Counted from the stretch's first letter, positions 22,972 through 33,584 are shown. The stretch is 64,000 nucleotides of DNA from Macrostomum lignano (GCA_002269645.1 NIVC01000808.1:1-64000); one strand, 5' to 3'. The notes: a model not told the origin generated them from the letters alone. Made by a program: numbers and translations.

Positions 22972-23703
22972 GCTTCGACGGCGATAGCGGAGGTGTCAGC
23001 GAGGGCGGCTGCTGTTGATATGGCGGCAGAATAGGCGCGGGTTCGTGTCCTTCAACTGGCTCGAGTTGGAGAAACTCCGCGACCGGCGGCAGTTGGAAGT
23101 AAAACTCGGTTGATTCGACCAGTCTCTGGTTGGGCCATAGATAGTCGCTGCCATTGTGGAGTAGCAGGGGTTCGCGATTAGTCCACGGAGTCTATCTGCT
23201 CGATAGGCTACAGCAATGCCGCATCTACATGTCGATCAGAGGATTACTCAAACACTACCAGGCTACTTCCAGATACTACCAGACTACTCCCAGACACTAC
23301 TAGGCTACTCCCAGACACTACTAGGCTACCACTCCCAGACACTACTAGGCTACTCCCAGACACTACTAAGCTACTCTCAGACACTACTAGGCTACTCACA
23401 GACACCACTAGGCTACTCCCAGACATTACTAGGCTACCACTCCCGGACACTATCATAGGCTACCACACCCAGACACTACTAGGCTACTCCCAGACACTAC
23501 TAGGCTACTCCCAGACACTATCTCAGCGGTTTGACAAACCCAGGGGTCGCTAAACTCCGGCTTATGAATCTCCAAAAAACTCAATTACCGCTCAAAGTCT
23601 GTGTCTCTTCTCAGCTCTCTCTCTCTCTCTCCTCTCCCCTCTCATCTCTTATCTTTTCTCTTATCCAATATCCCGCTCAACATAAATATTTAACTTACTC
23701 CAT
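21144..23703 (-). CDS. Divergent ETS-domain transcription factor, 262 aa. complement(join(21144..21318,22194..22470,22816..23147,23699..23703))
   Basis: GFFKALDTETMALLWQRIKGNRTGKYETFARAMR...KKRVYKLG resembles the ETS core (F-K-x-x-D...A-x-x-W...K-N...Y-E-x-x-x-R-A-x-R...R-x-V-Y-K-F). Pro/Gln-rich N-terminus. Four GT-AG exons total 789 nt in frame. CTAAT branch point before the 23147 acceptor. AATAAA on the minus strand at ~20954. The 5-nt first coding exon is the least certain part. Confidence 0.78.
21365..22130 (+). repeat. 20-bp minisatellite (TCTCAGATCCCCATTTCTAA), ETS intron 3
   Basis: Direct reading. Degenerate at the left edge. Confidence 0.93.
22478..22790 (+). repeat. Low-complexity GGTA/GGTT/GATT repeat, ETS intron 2
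   Basis: Direct reading. Confidence 0.85.
22905..22975 (-). repeat. Coding (CCG)n/(CAG)n tract giving poly-Pro and poly-Gln in the ETS protein
   Basis: GGC run on the plus strand inside exon 22816-23147. Confidence 0.9.
23245..23520 (-). repeat. 21-bp minisatellite (minus-strand TCTGGGAGTAGCCTAGTAGTG), ETS intron 1
   Basis: The plus strand reads CTACTCCCAGACACTACTAGG, the exact reverse complement of the unit at 24026-24412. Confidence 0.93.
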
Positions 23704-23816
23704 AGTTTCCGCCGCGTTGTGTGAGTTATGTCAGTTTTTTTAGCTACTGTTGTTTCGTCTCCTGTTACAGTTGCTTGTGCCACTTTGTAGCCAGTTATTT
23801 AAACCTTTCCAATGAA

Positions 23817-24597
23817 ATGGCGCGCCGGAGTGTGACCACCAACATGTCGGACAGCGAGCAGGCTTTTCGAGTTGAACTAGAAAGGTATGTGGGTATGTAG
23901 AAACCGAGCAGCTCCTTTTCTGCCATTGTCTAGCAGAGGACTTTTACAATGCGCTGGTATATATCTGGAATGCTTCCACTCTCATTTTCTGCATGCACGG
24001 AATTGAAGTTTTCTGTATGTAATTCTCTGGGAGTAGCCTAGTAGTGTCTGGGAGTAGCCTAGTAGTGTCTGGGAGTAGCCTAGTAGTGTCTGGGAGTGGT
24101 AGCCTAGTGGTGTCTGAGAGTAGCCAAGTAGTTTCTGGGAGTAGCCAAGTAGTTTCTGGGAGTAGCCAAGTAGTTTCTGGGAGTAGCCTAGTAGTGTCTA
24201 GGAGCCTAGTGGTGTCTGTGAGTAGCCTAGTAGTGTCTGGGTGTAGCCTAGTAGTGTCTGTGAGTAGCCTAGTAGTGTCTGAGAGTAGCCTAGTAGTGTC
24301 TGGGAGTAGCCTAGCCTAGTAGTGTCTGAGAGTAGCCTAGTAGTGTCTGGGAGTGGTAGCCTAGTAGTGTCTGAGAGTAGCCTAGTAGTGTCTGGGAGTG
24401 GTAGCCTAGTGGTCCTTGAGTTATTTTTAAAACCTAACCAAATCAAACATTTTGTGCCATTAATTTTGCTGTCCAGATGTTGCTATCCAGTACTCCATGA
24501 CACAGCTTGGCCTTTTGACAAACAAGTTTTCGATATTCAACAACAGAAACCATTCTACGAGCGTATTTATCCGAACGGATATATAAAACAAAACTGA
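23817..24597 (+). CDS. Putative spliced 62-aa small protein. join(23817..23884,24477..24597)
   Basis: Donor AAG|GTATGT at 23884/5, branch point CTAAC ~24433, acceptor TTTTGCTGTCCAG|24477, phases match. Product MARRSVTTNMSDSEQAFRVELERCCYPVLHDTAWPFDKQVFDIQQQKPFYERIYPNGYIKQN. No family recognised. Confidence 0.5.
24026..24412 (+). repeat. 21-bp minisatellite (TCTGGGAGTAGCCTAGTAGTG) with 24-bp variants, intron of the small ORF
   Basis: Direct reading. Confidence 0.93.
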
Positions 24598-25029
24598 TAT
24601 AGACTGCGATTCTGGCAGTGAAATTAACCAAGCTATTGTTAAGTGGATAAATTTTATCTTGCAGAAGATACACTTGTTAATTAACCTGACCGGCGGCACT
24701 GTGTTGTTTATGCACTGAGCCGCAGCTGAGACCCGCTTTTTGCTGTTGATGTCAGCGAAACAAAATTAATTAATTTGCGTACTGCTATTCGGTGTAGAGG
24801 GTCTGGAGCTTTCTTGGCTGTTAAACCTCTTGAATAAGCAAAAAAAATTCGTGTTTGAAAATTTCTATTCACTTCTATTGTCTGAATTTTACAACAATTT
24901 TTTTGCATAGCTGGCACAATGGGCATGGCCTTTGCTGGTCAAGTGCTGCTTTGGGCCTTGGGGTGTCTGAGATGTCTGGGCGGACCCAACCTGTCTGCAA
25001 AAACTGTCTGCCCGCCTATCTACCCGGAT

Positions 25030-25412
25030 AACAACTTACCTACCTACGTACCTACCAACCTGTCTACCTATCTGTCTACCTACCTACCTACCTACTATTT
25101 ACCTGTCGAGTTGTCTACCTATATGTACCTACCTGCCTACCTAGCTTAGTAGTGTCTGGGAGTAGCCTAGTGGTGTCTGGGAGTAGCCTAGTGGTGTCTG
25201 GGAGTAGCCTAGTGGTGTCTGGGAGTAGCCTAGTGGTGTCTGGGAGTAGCCTAGTGGTGTCTGGGAGTAGCCTAGTGGTGTCTGGGAGTAGCCTAGTGGT
25301 GTCTGGGAGTAGCCTAGTGGTGTCTGGGAGTAGCCTAGTAGTTTCTGGGAGTAGCCTAGTAGTTTCTGGGAGTGGTAGCCTAGTAGTGTCTTTGAGAAGC
25401 CTAGTAGTGTCT
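25030..25412 (+). repeat. CTAC-type low-complexity tract (25030-25142) followed by a third array of the 21-bp unit (25147-25412)
   Basis: Direct reading. Confidence 0.9.
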
Positions 25413-25837
25413 CTTGCCGAGGTTTTCTCAGCAGTGTCTTTTAGCTGGCCTATGGCAAGGATAGTCCTGAAGTGTCACGTAGAATTGAGTCAGCTTCAGT
25501 GTGGCAATTTTCGAAATTAGTAAACTTTCTGCATTCAAAATAAAAGTGCTTTACTTCAATTTTCTAACCAGATTTGCACTTTTAGTTTCCTTCCAAGTCA
25601 ATCAATTTTTTGTTACATTAATATTATTACTCAACAGGCTTTTCAATTTCTTTTTGTCGCAGTTAGTTTCAATCAAAACAGGCCAGCGAGCGGGGAAGGG
25701 ATTAAGGATGGATTTGCTGCTACTGGCTTAGCCTCCTTCACGTCCCTGTGTTCACTTCCTTTTCGAATCTGTCATAAATAATTAATTAGCTGCGTCAGAA
25801 TGGACAGAACCCGGCGGGACAACTGAACCCAGGCAGT

Positions 25838-26607
25838 AAACTGGCCTGGAGTGACTGGGAAACAGTTTAGATATCTTAGTAAACTGGCAATAAACTGGCA
25901 TGGAGTGACTTTGAAACAGTTTAGACATCTTAGTAAACTGGCAATAAACTGGCCTGAAGTGACTGGGAAACAGTTTAGACATCTTAGTAAACTGGCAATA
26001 AACTGGCATGGAGTGACTGGGAAACAGTTTAGATATCTTAGTAAACTGGCAATAAACTGGCCTGGAGTGACTGGGAAACAGTTTAGATATCTTAGTAAAC
26101 TGGCAATAAACTGGCCTGGAGTGACTGGGAAACAGTTTAGATATCTTAGTAAACTGGCAATAAACTAGCCTGGAGTGACTGGGAAACAGTTTAGATATCT
26201 TAGTAAACTGGCAATAAACTGGCCTGGAGTGACTGGGAAACAGTTTAGATATCTTAGTAAACTGGCAATAAACTAGCCTGGAGTGACTGGGAAACAGTTT
26301 AGATATCTTAGTAAACTGGCAATAAACTGGCATGGAGTGACTTTGAAACAGTTTAGACATCTTAGTAAACTGGCAATAAACTGGCCTGAAGTGACTGGGA
26401 AACAGTTTAGACATCTTAGTAAACTGGCAATAAACTGGCCTGGAGTGACTGGGAAACAGTTTAGATATCTTAGTAAACTGGCAATAAACTGGCCTGGAGT
26501 GACTGGGAAACAGTTTAGATATCTTAGTAAACTGGCAATAAACTGGCCTGGAGTGACTGGGAAACAGTTTAGATATCTTAGTAAACTGGCAGTAAACTGG
26601 CCTGGAG
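25838..26607 (+). repeat. 54-bp minisatellite, ~14 copies (AAACTGGCCTGGAGTGACTGGGAAACAGTTTAGATATCTTAGTAAACTGGCAAT)
   Basis: Direct reading. The 18-aa periodicity in the ORF track agrees. Confidence 0.95.
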
Positions 26608-26899
26608 TTTGCACTTTCTTGAATAAGACTTGAGACACTTGGCAATGGTGTATCTTCTGTCTTTAACATGCACATACATACTTCAGTATTCAATCAAAAT
26701 AACATTTTGCGGTTTGAAAGATCAAAAAATTGATTGATTGCTGTTCCACTAAGCCTGATCTGCAGCTATCGATCTTCTGCTATGCATTTAAAAGGATGTT
26801 TTTAATCGTCTGTTTCGTTGGTCGAGTCTTCTCATTGAAATGTTGAAGTTTTTGTCTGACAGACCAATTTTTGCAAAATGCCAATTCCCATCCTCCTGA

Positions 26900-27690
26900 A
26901 GTGTTTATCGTTCAGAGTGCCATTTCCAGCAGTGCTTATCGTTCAGAGTGCCATTTCCTGCAGTGTTTATCGTTCAGAGTGCCATTTCCTGTCAGAGTAC
27001 CATTTCCTGCAGTGTTTATCGTTCAGAGTGCCATTTCCTGTCAGAGTGCCATTTCCTGTTCAGAGTGCCATTTCCTGTTCAGAGCGCCATTTCCTGCAGT
27101 GTTTATCGTTCAGAGTGCCATTTCCTGTTCAGAGCGCCATTTCCTGCAGTGTTTATCGTTCAGAGTGCCATTTCCTGTTCAGAGTGCCATTTCCTGTGCA
27201 GAGTGCCATTTCCTGTTCAGAGTGCCATTTCCTGTTCAGAGTGCCATTTCCTGTTCAGAGTGCCATTTCCTGTTCAGAGTGCCATTTCCTGTTCAAAGTG
27301 CCATTTCCTGTTCAGAGTGCCATTTCCTGTTCAGAGTGCCATTTCCTGTTCAGAGTGCCATTTCCTGTTCAGAGTGCCATTTCCTGTTCAGAGTGCCATT
27401 TCCTGTTCAGAGTGCCATTTCCTGTTCAGAGCGCCATTTCCTGGAGTGTTTATCGTTCAGAGTGCCATTTCCTGTTCAGAGTGCCATTTCCTGTGCAGAG
27501 TGCCATTTCCTGTTCAGAGTGCCATTTCCTGTTCAGAGTGCCATTTCCTGTTCAGAGTGCCATTTCCTGTTTAGAGTGCCATTTCCTGTTCAGAGTGCCA
27601 TTTCCTGTTCAGAGTGCCATTTCCTGTTCAGAGTGCCATTTCCTATTCAGAGTGCCATTTCTTGTTCAGAGTGCCATTTCCTGTTCAGAG
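26900..27690 (+). repeat. 19-bp minisatellite (CAGAGTGCCATTTCCTGTT), ~40 copies, some with a GCAGTGTTTATC insert
   Basis: Direct reading. The same 19-aa peptide cycle appears in all three frames. Confidence 0.95.
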
Positions 27691-28239
27691 TGGCAGTCCC
27701 ACGGAGTGCCACCCGATCTCCTCCCAATATTCCCTCACAAGCGCCATGCCCTGCCCTGCTGCCCTACCGCCCCCAGACAGGAATCACTAGCTCATGCTTC
27801 CGAGGCGATAAGGACTCATGAGATCCCTCAGAGTCCTGGCGAAGACACCGGGCAGGACAGCGGAGCGAAAGTCAGAATCGATAAGCTCGTTTTTATGGAT
27901 CAAGAGCGGCCTTCCACCCCCTTCTCCAGCCGCCTGATTATCGATTGCGGCTGGGAAGTCGCCACTCTGCCAGACGCTTCCCCAGCTGCCTGCATCTTCG
28001 GCTCAATGCTTGTCATGCACAGCCATAGTCTGACACGACTTCGCCTCATCCTAACGATTTGGTTTGCTGTTCTAAATGAAATTCTTTCTGAAGCCTGACT
28101 TCCAATACCTATCCACTAGGTTGTCTCTTGTCTCCCTTCGTCTCCCCTCGTCTCTCTCCCGTTGCCTCTCTTCCATTGTCTTTCTCTCCTTCTCTCTCCC
28201 CCTTTTCTCTCTTTCCCCTTCTCTATCTCCCCTACTCTC

Positions 28240-28485
28240 TCTCCCCTGTCTCTCTCCCCCTGTCTCTCTCCCCCTGTCTCTCTCCCCCTGTCTCTCTCCC
28301 CCTGTCTCTCTCCCCCTGTCTCTCTCCCCCTGTCTCTCTCCCCTGTCTCTCTCCCCCTGTCTCTCTCCCCTGTCTCTCTCCCCCTGTCTCTCTCCCCCTG
28401 TCTCTCTCCCCTGTCTCTCTCCCCCTGTCTCTCTCCCCCTGTCTCTCTCCCCCTGTCTCTCTCCCCCTGTCTCTCTCCCCCTGTC
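28240..28485 (+). repeat. 13-14-bp polypyrimidine repeat (CTCTCTCCCCCTGT)
   Basis: Direct reading. Confidence 0.93.
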
Positions 28486-28971
28486 TCACTCCCAAGTGTA
28501 ACTTCTAATCCCAAGTGTCCTTTTTACAAGACATCCGCAAAAAACAAACGTACTCGAATACACAGCCGTCTGCATTTCTAAATAAAAAAATTGAAATTAT
28601 AGACAATACTAAACTGAAGTTCTGAAAGGCGTCTTTCCCGCACCCTGGTTACTGAGTGAGTCTGGAGTGGAAATGATTAGAAAGACAGCCGGCTTGAGTC
28701 TTCTGTCTTGAGTTCCTCCCCACTCTGTCTCCCCCTGTGAATTCTCGCGGGGCCGGACCGGTAGCCATTGCATTCATTATGCGCGCTTAATCTCATTTCC
28801 AAGAAAGGAAGAAGCAAAAAACTTCACTAGCTGTGCGCGCCCCAGGCCATTGACTCGCTGATATCGACCGCCAGTGCCCTACCTTCGATGCCGCCCGCGT
28901 GGAGCTCACAGCTGGTTGGCTTCGGGACCCGAGTGGATTCAGGGCCGGCCTCCTCACTCCGCTGGCTAAGG

Positions 28972-28973
<2 letters not shown>

Positions 28974-29014
<41 letters not shown>
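28974..29014 (+). repeat. (GCT)n microsatellite upstream of the GPCR
   Basis: About 14 perfect units. Confidence 0.9.
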
Positions 29015-29016
<2 letters not shown>

Positions 29017-29200
29017 AGGGATTCTCTTCCTCTCTCCTCTCATCCCCTCCGCCTGCCGCCTCACCGCCGCCTCCCCCCCCCCATCGCAGCATTTGAAACC
29101 GTCGCTACTAAAATGAGCAGAGAAGCAGACTGAGACGCGTTAAGGGTGTTGAAAAAAGTGATAACTGGCAACTATAGTGAATTCAGCATCAACCCCATTG

Positions 29201-32200
29201 ATGTCAGCCGCCACAGTCAGCCCGGAGCTGCAGCGCTTTGAAGCTTGGCGCCTGGTTCTGGTTGGCCGCCTGATTGTCAACACCGCTGCCATTGTGCTGA
29301 ACCTGCTGTGCTGCCTGCTGCTGGCCAAGCTGTGCCGCTGTCGCAAGTCCCACACAGGTATTGGGTCGCTGCTGTACCTCAGCTACGCCGAGCTGACGCT
29401 GGGTGTCACCTCCCAGCTGTTCTCCGTGCTGTTCTTGGCGTCCCACAACAGCGAGGAGGACCACGCCAGGACCAGCCCGCTGGAGCACAACAGGGTGGCC
29501 GTTCTCGCGGCCTTGGCCAGTTCGGGCAGCTTGAAGCACGCCTCGCTGTTCCTCAGGCAGTGGTGGGTGGCCGGTCTGGTGCTGCTGCACTGCCTCGCCT
29601 GCTTGGCCCGGCGTCTCGGCCGCCCCCAGCTGGCCAGCCGCCTGTCCGGCCGGGCCCTCGTCAGCCGCTTCTACCGCCTGCTGCTGCTGTTGGGCGCGAG
29701 TTTCGGCCTCGTCCGCCTGGTGGCCGAGAAGATCCCCGAGTATTTCCGAGCTTACTACATCCCCGAGGCGAGGCACACGGCGATTCACCGGGCGCTGTAC
29801 GTGCTGGAGTTCCACGTGCCGCCGCTGCTAGCTCTGCCTGGCTGTGTGGCGTTGGCCGTCTTGCTATGGCTGCTACGACCGCCCGCGGCAACGACTGCTG
29901 CTAGGAGCAAGGCTGTTGCTGCTGCTGTGGATACCGGTGATGGGGGTCTTGATGGACCGCAGCTGCTGCCGATGATGCAGGAGCAGCCGCAGCATCAGGG
30001 ACAGCATTATGTTCAGCAGCCGCCCATCACATGGTCGAGGAAATGTTCTCAGGTGAGTTCCGCAGCTGCGTCTGATGGGTTTTTGTCAGGTGCGTAAAAA
30101 TGTAAGCAGTTTCCTGACACTCCGTCAGGTGTTGTCAGAAAATAATGACAGATGATTCTTTCAGATGATTCTGTCAGATGATTCTGTCAGATGATTCTGT
30201 CAGATGATTCTGTCAGATGATTTTTGTCAGATGATTCTGTCAGATGATTCTGTCAGATGATTCTTTCAGATGATTCTGTCAGATGATTCTGTCAGATGAT
30301 TCTGTCAGATGATTCTGTCAGATGATTCTGTCAGATGATTCTGTCAGATGATTCTGTCAGATGATTCTGTCAGATGATTCTGTCAAATGATTCTGTCAAA
30401 TGATTCTGTCAGATGATTCTGTCAGATGATTCTGTCAGATGATTCTGTCAGATGATTCTGTCAGGTGATTCTGTCAGATGATTTTTGTCAGATGATTCTG
30501 TCAGATGATTCTGTCAAATGATTCTGTCAAATGATTCTGTCAAATGATTCTGTCAGATGATTCTGTCAGATGATTCTGTCAGATGATTCTGTCAGATGAT
30601 TCTGTCAGATGATTCTGTCAGATGATTCTGTCAGATGATTCTGTCAGATGATTCTGTCAGATGATTCTGTCAGATGATTCTGTCAGATGATTCTGTCAGA
30701 TGATTTTTGTCAGATGATTCTGTCAAATGATACTGTCAGATGATTCTGTCAGATGATTCTGTCAGATGATTCTGTCAAATGATTCTGTCAAATGATTCTG
30801 TCAGATGATTCTGTCAGATGATTCTGTCAGGTGATTCTGTCAGATGATTCTGTCAGGTGATTCTGTCAGATGATTCTGTCAGATGATTCTGTCAGATGAT
30901 TCTGTCAGATGATTCTGTCAGATGATTCTGTCAGATGATTCTGTCAGATGATTCTGTCAGATGATTCTGTCAAATGATTCTGTCAAATGATTCTGTCAGA
31001 TGATTCTGTCAGATGATTCTGTCAGGTGATTCTGTCAGATGATTCTGTCAGATGATTCTGTCAGGTGATTCTGTCAGATGATTCTGTCAGATGATTCTGT
31101 CAGATGATTCTGTCAGATGATTCTGTCAGGTGATTCTGTCAGATGATTTTTGTCAGATGATTCTGTCAAATGATACTGTCAGATGATTCTGTCAGATGAT
31201 TCTGTCAGATGATTCTGTCAAATGATTCTGTCAAATGATTCTGTCAGATGATTCTGTCAGATGATTCTGTCAGGTGATTCTGTCAGATGATTCTGTCAGG
31301 TGATTCTGTCAGATGATTCTGTCAGATGATTCTGTCAGATGATTCTGTCAGATGATTCTGTCAGATGATTCTGTCAGATGATTCTGTCAAATGATTCTGT
31401 CAAATGATTCTGTCAGATGATTCTGTCAGATGATTCTGTCAGGTGATTCTGTCAGATGATTCTGTCAGATGATTCTGTCAGGTGATTCTGTCAGATGATT
31501 CTGTCAGATGATTCTGTCAGATGATTCTGTCAGATGATTCTGTCAGATGATTCTGTCAGATGATTCTGTCAAATGATTCTGTCAAATGATTCTGTCAGAT
31601 GATTCTGTCAGATGATTCTGTCAGGTGATTCTGTCAGATGATTCTGTCAGGTGATTCTGTCAGATGATTCTGTCAGATGATTCTGTCAGATGATTCTGTT
31701 AGGGAGTGTTAGTTGATGCTACATAATCCTGTCAGTTGAATCGCATCCTTGTCAGAAAAAGCTGTCAGAAACAGACTTACTGTCAGGAAGTCTCATCTAC
31801 TGACAACAGGCAAAAGCAGAGCCGCACATCAGACGATCGATGCTTGCATGAGGCTGGGAATATAAAAGAAAAATTTTCTTTACTTTTTCCGGTTTCCAGA
31901 GAGTAGCAGCAGCCAAGTACGCAGACAGGCTGAAAATGATTCATTAAATCACCAGACCGTCTCAGAATGTAGCATTTTTAAGCTCGCATCATAACGGGGA
32001 TATAAGGGATTTTTTGGTATTATTCTGCAGACTCAACTGCGCGCGCAGAGTCTTTAATGTTTTTTCCTCATTTGTAGCGATTGAAAAAAAAAGCCGGAAA
32101 ATCTCGCCGTGACACGATTTTTAAGAAAAAACAAATTTTACGCAAGTCACGCTTTCCTAGAAAAAAAATTCTGTCGGCAGTGATTTTTTTGAAAACTGTT

Positions 32201-33055
32201 ATCTTGCAGACTATGCATTGTCAAGATGTCTAAGAACACTAATATTATCCATATCTGTATCTACGTCTAATTAATTTCCCTAACTTCAAATTACTTGTAA
32301 TGATGTTAAATCCTATTCCAACAGTTACTAAAAAACCATACAATGTGCACGTGCGTTGAAAATCTCTCTGTTGCTTGAGTCCCCTACCGCAGGGACTTGA
32401 GAGTTCCTCTCACTGAAAATATTGAAACTGAAAACATTCATTCATTTCCACTGAAAATAAGGGCTCCAATGGTCTTTTAAGTCTGTTATTGTCACTGAGT
32501 GGCCAATATCACTGAGATATATATGTTCTCGTAACCATATCCGTGTGGTCTGTCTAAAAACCTCTGTAACCATAACTTCCCGCAGGAGTACCCATGAACT
32601 CTGTTAACAACTATACAATTTCCTGGTAACTTGAATTCAAAATGCTAGGAAATCACTTTCCAGGAAATCGAGTTCCTCAAAACACCGGTTATTAAAATCA
32701 GAATATAGAATTCTAATTTAATAAATTTATTTGAAATTGAATTTTTCTTCTCAATTCAAGTATTTTAACCCCGGCATCCGCACCGCAGCTGATTCTCACC
32801 ATCGGCTTACTGTTCATAGTCTGCCAGGGACCGCTAATCTTCATGGACAGAGTCGACTCTGAGACACTGCTCTACATCAACCTGCAGGATCTGGCCATCT
32901 CCCTGTTTGGCTGCAGCCATTTCGCTGTGCTGGCTTGGTACAGCTCAGCGTTCAGGCGCAAGCTGGCCATCATGTGCACCTGCACTGTGACACCAGACAC
33001 CGCACAGCAGGCCGACACAGTGCTTGACAGTTGCTGTCAAATGGTTGAAGTGTAG
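29201..33055 (+). CDS. Class A (rhodopsin-like) 7TM orphan receptor, peptide/chemosensory-receptor-like, 372 aa. join(29201..30052,32789..33055)
   Basis: Five hydrophobic segments in exon 1 (TM1 with N: IVNTAAIVLNLLCCLLL). Phase-0 donor CAG|GTGAGT at 30052/3 and acceptor CCGCAG|32789. Exon 2 supplies a TM6-like LILTIGLLFIVCQGP and a TM7/helix-8-like HFAVLAWYSSAFRRKL. No canonical DRY or NPxxY. Confidence 0.78.
30150..31699 (+). repeat. 13-bp satellite (GATGATTCTGTCA), ~119 copies, GPCR intron
   Basis: Direct reading. AAAT, GGTG and TTTTT variants recur in blocks. Confidence 0.97.
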
Positions 33056-33337
33056 CCCCATCTCTACCATACAGGACATTCGCTTTCTAATTGATTGCGT
33101 CTGAAAGCATCCCAACCACTTGGGAATTTCGGCTTCTGACCATAGACAAAACTGACTTGCTTTCGCACTGAACAGGATCCAGTCAGTTCAAAATGACAGT
33201 CCTTTTTGGCACCACCGTTAGAAATTAGAAATGGTTTGATTGTAATGTGTAGTGTTGTAAGTCTTTTTCAAAAGTGACTGGTTCAGCTTTATAGTATCAG
33301 ATTGTAGTTTTTGCCTAGCAACAGAGCCCCATTGCAA

Positions 33338-33584
33338 GAGGAGGCTCGATTCCAAGTGCAGTCACATTATGATAATCTGTGGCTAAATTGGAATCTCGGC
33401 TTGGCTCTGCTCGTGCAATTAACACCCTTGAGGGCCAACCCCCAAGGCACAGTGAAGTGTACATGCCTAACGATAGATAAAGTTAGGGCCGCTGTACACT
33501 CCTGTGTGAGTGTGTGCCTGTGCGTATGACTGCGTACGTATCCGCGCGCTTGTGTGCCTGCTCAGGGGTTGTCTTTAATAAAAA
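33338..33584 (+). mobile_element. 5'-truncated SINE copy with A-rich tail and 13-bp TSD
   Basis: Starts at the B-box (GGCTCGATTCC), body nearly identical to 1398-1585, ends TTTAATAAAAA. Flanked by AGCCCCATTGCAA (33325-33337) and AGCCCCCTTGCAA (33585-33597). Confidence 0.85.

Noticed and set aside
25409-25432. SLAEVFS peptide identical to the start of TRIM37 exon 2
   Set aside because: The DNA is dissimilar and the RING cysteines do not follow. Treated as coincidence at a repeat edge.
25782-28581. Long ORFs over the 54-, 19- and 14-bp arrays
   Set aside because: Products are pure repeat translations appearing in several frames and on both strands.
28888-29133. 81-aa poly-Ala ORF upstream of the GPCR
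   Set aside because: Driven by the GCT microsatellite with no domain. At most a uORF.
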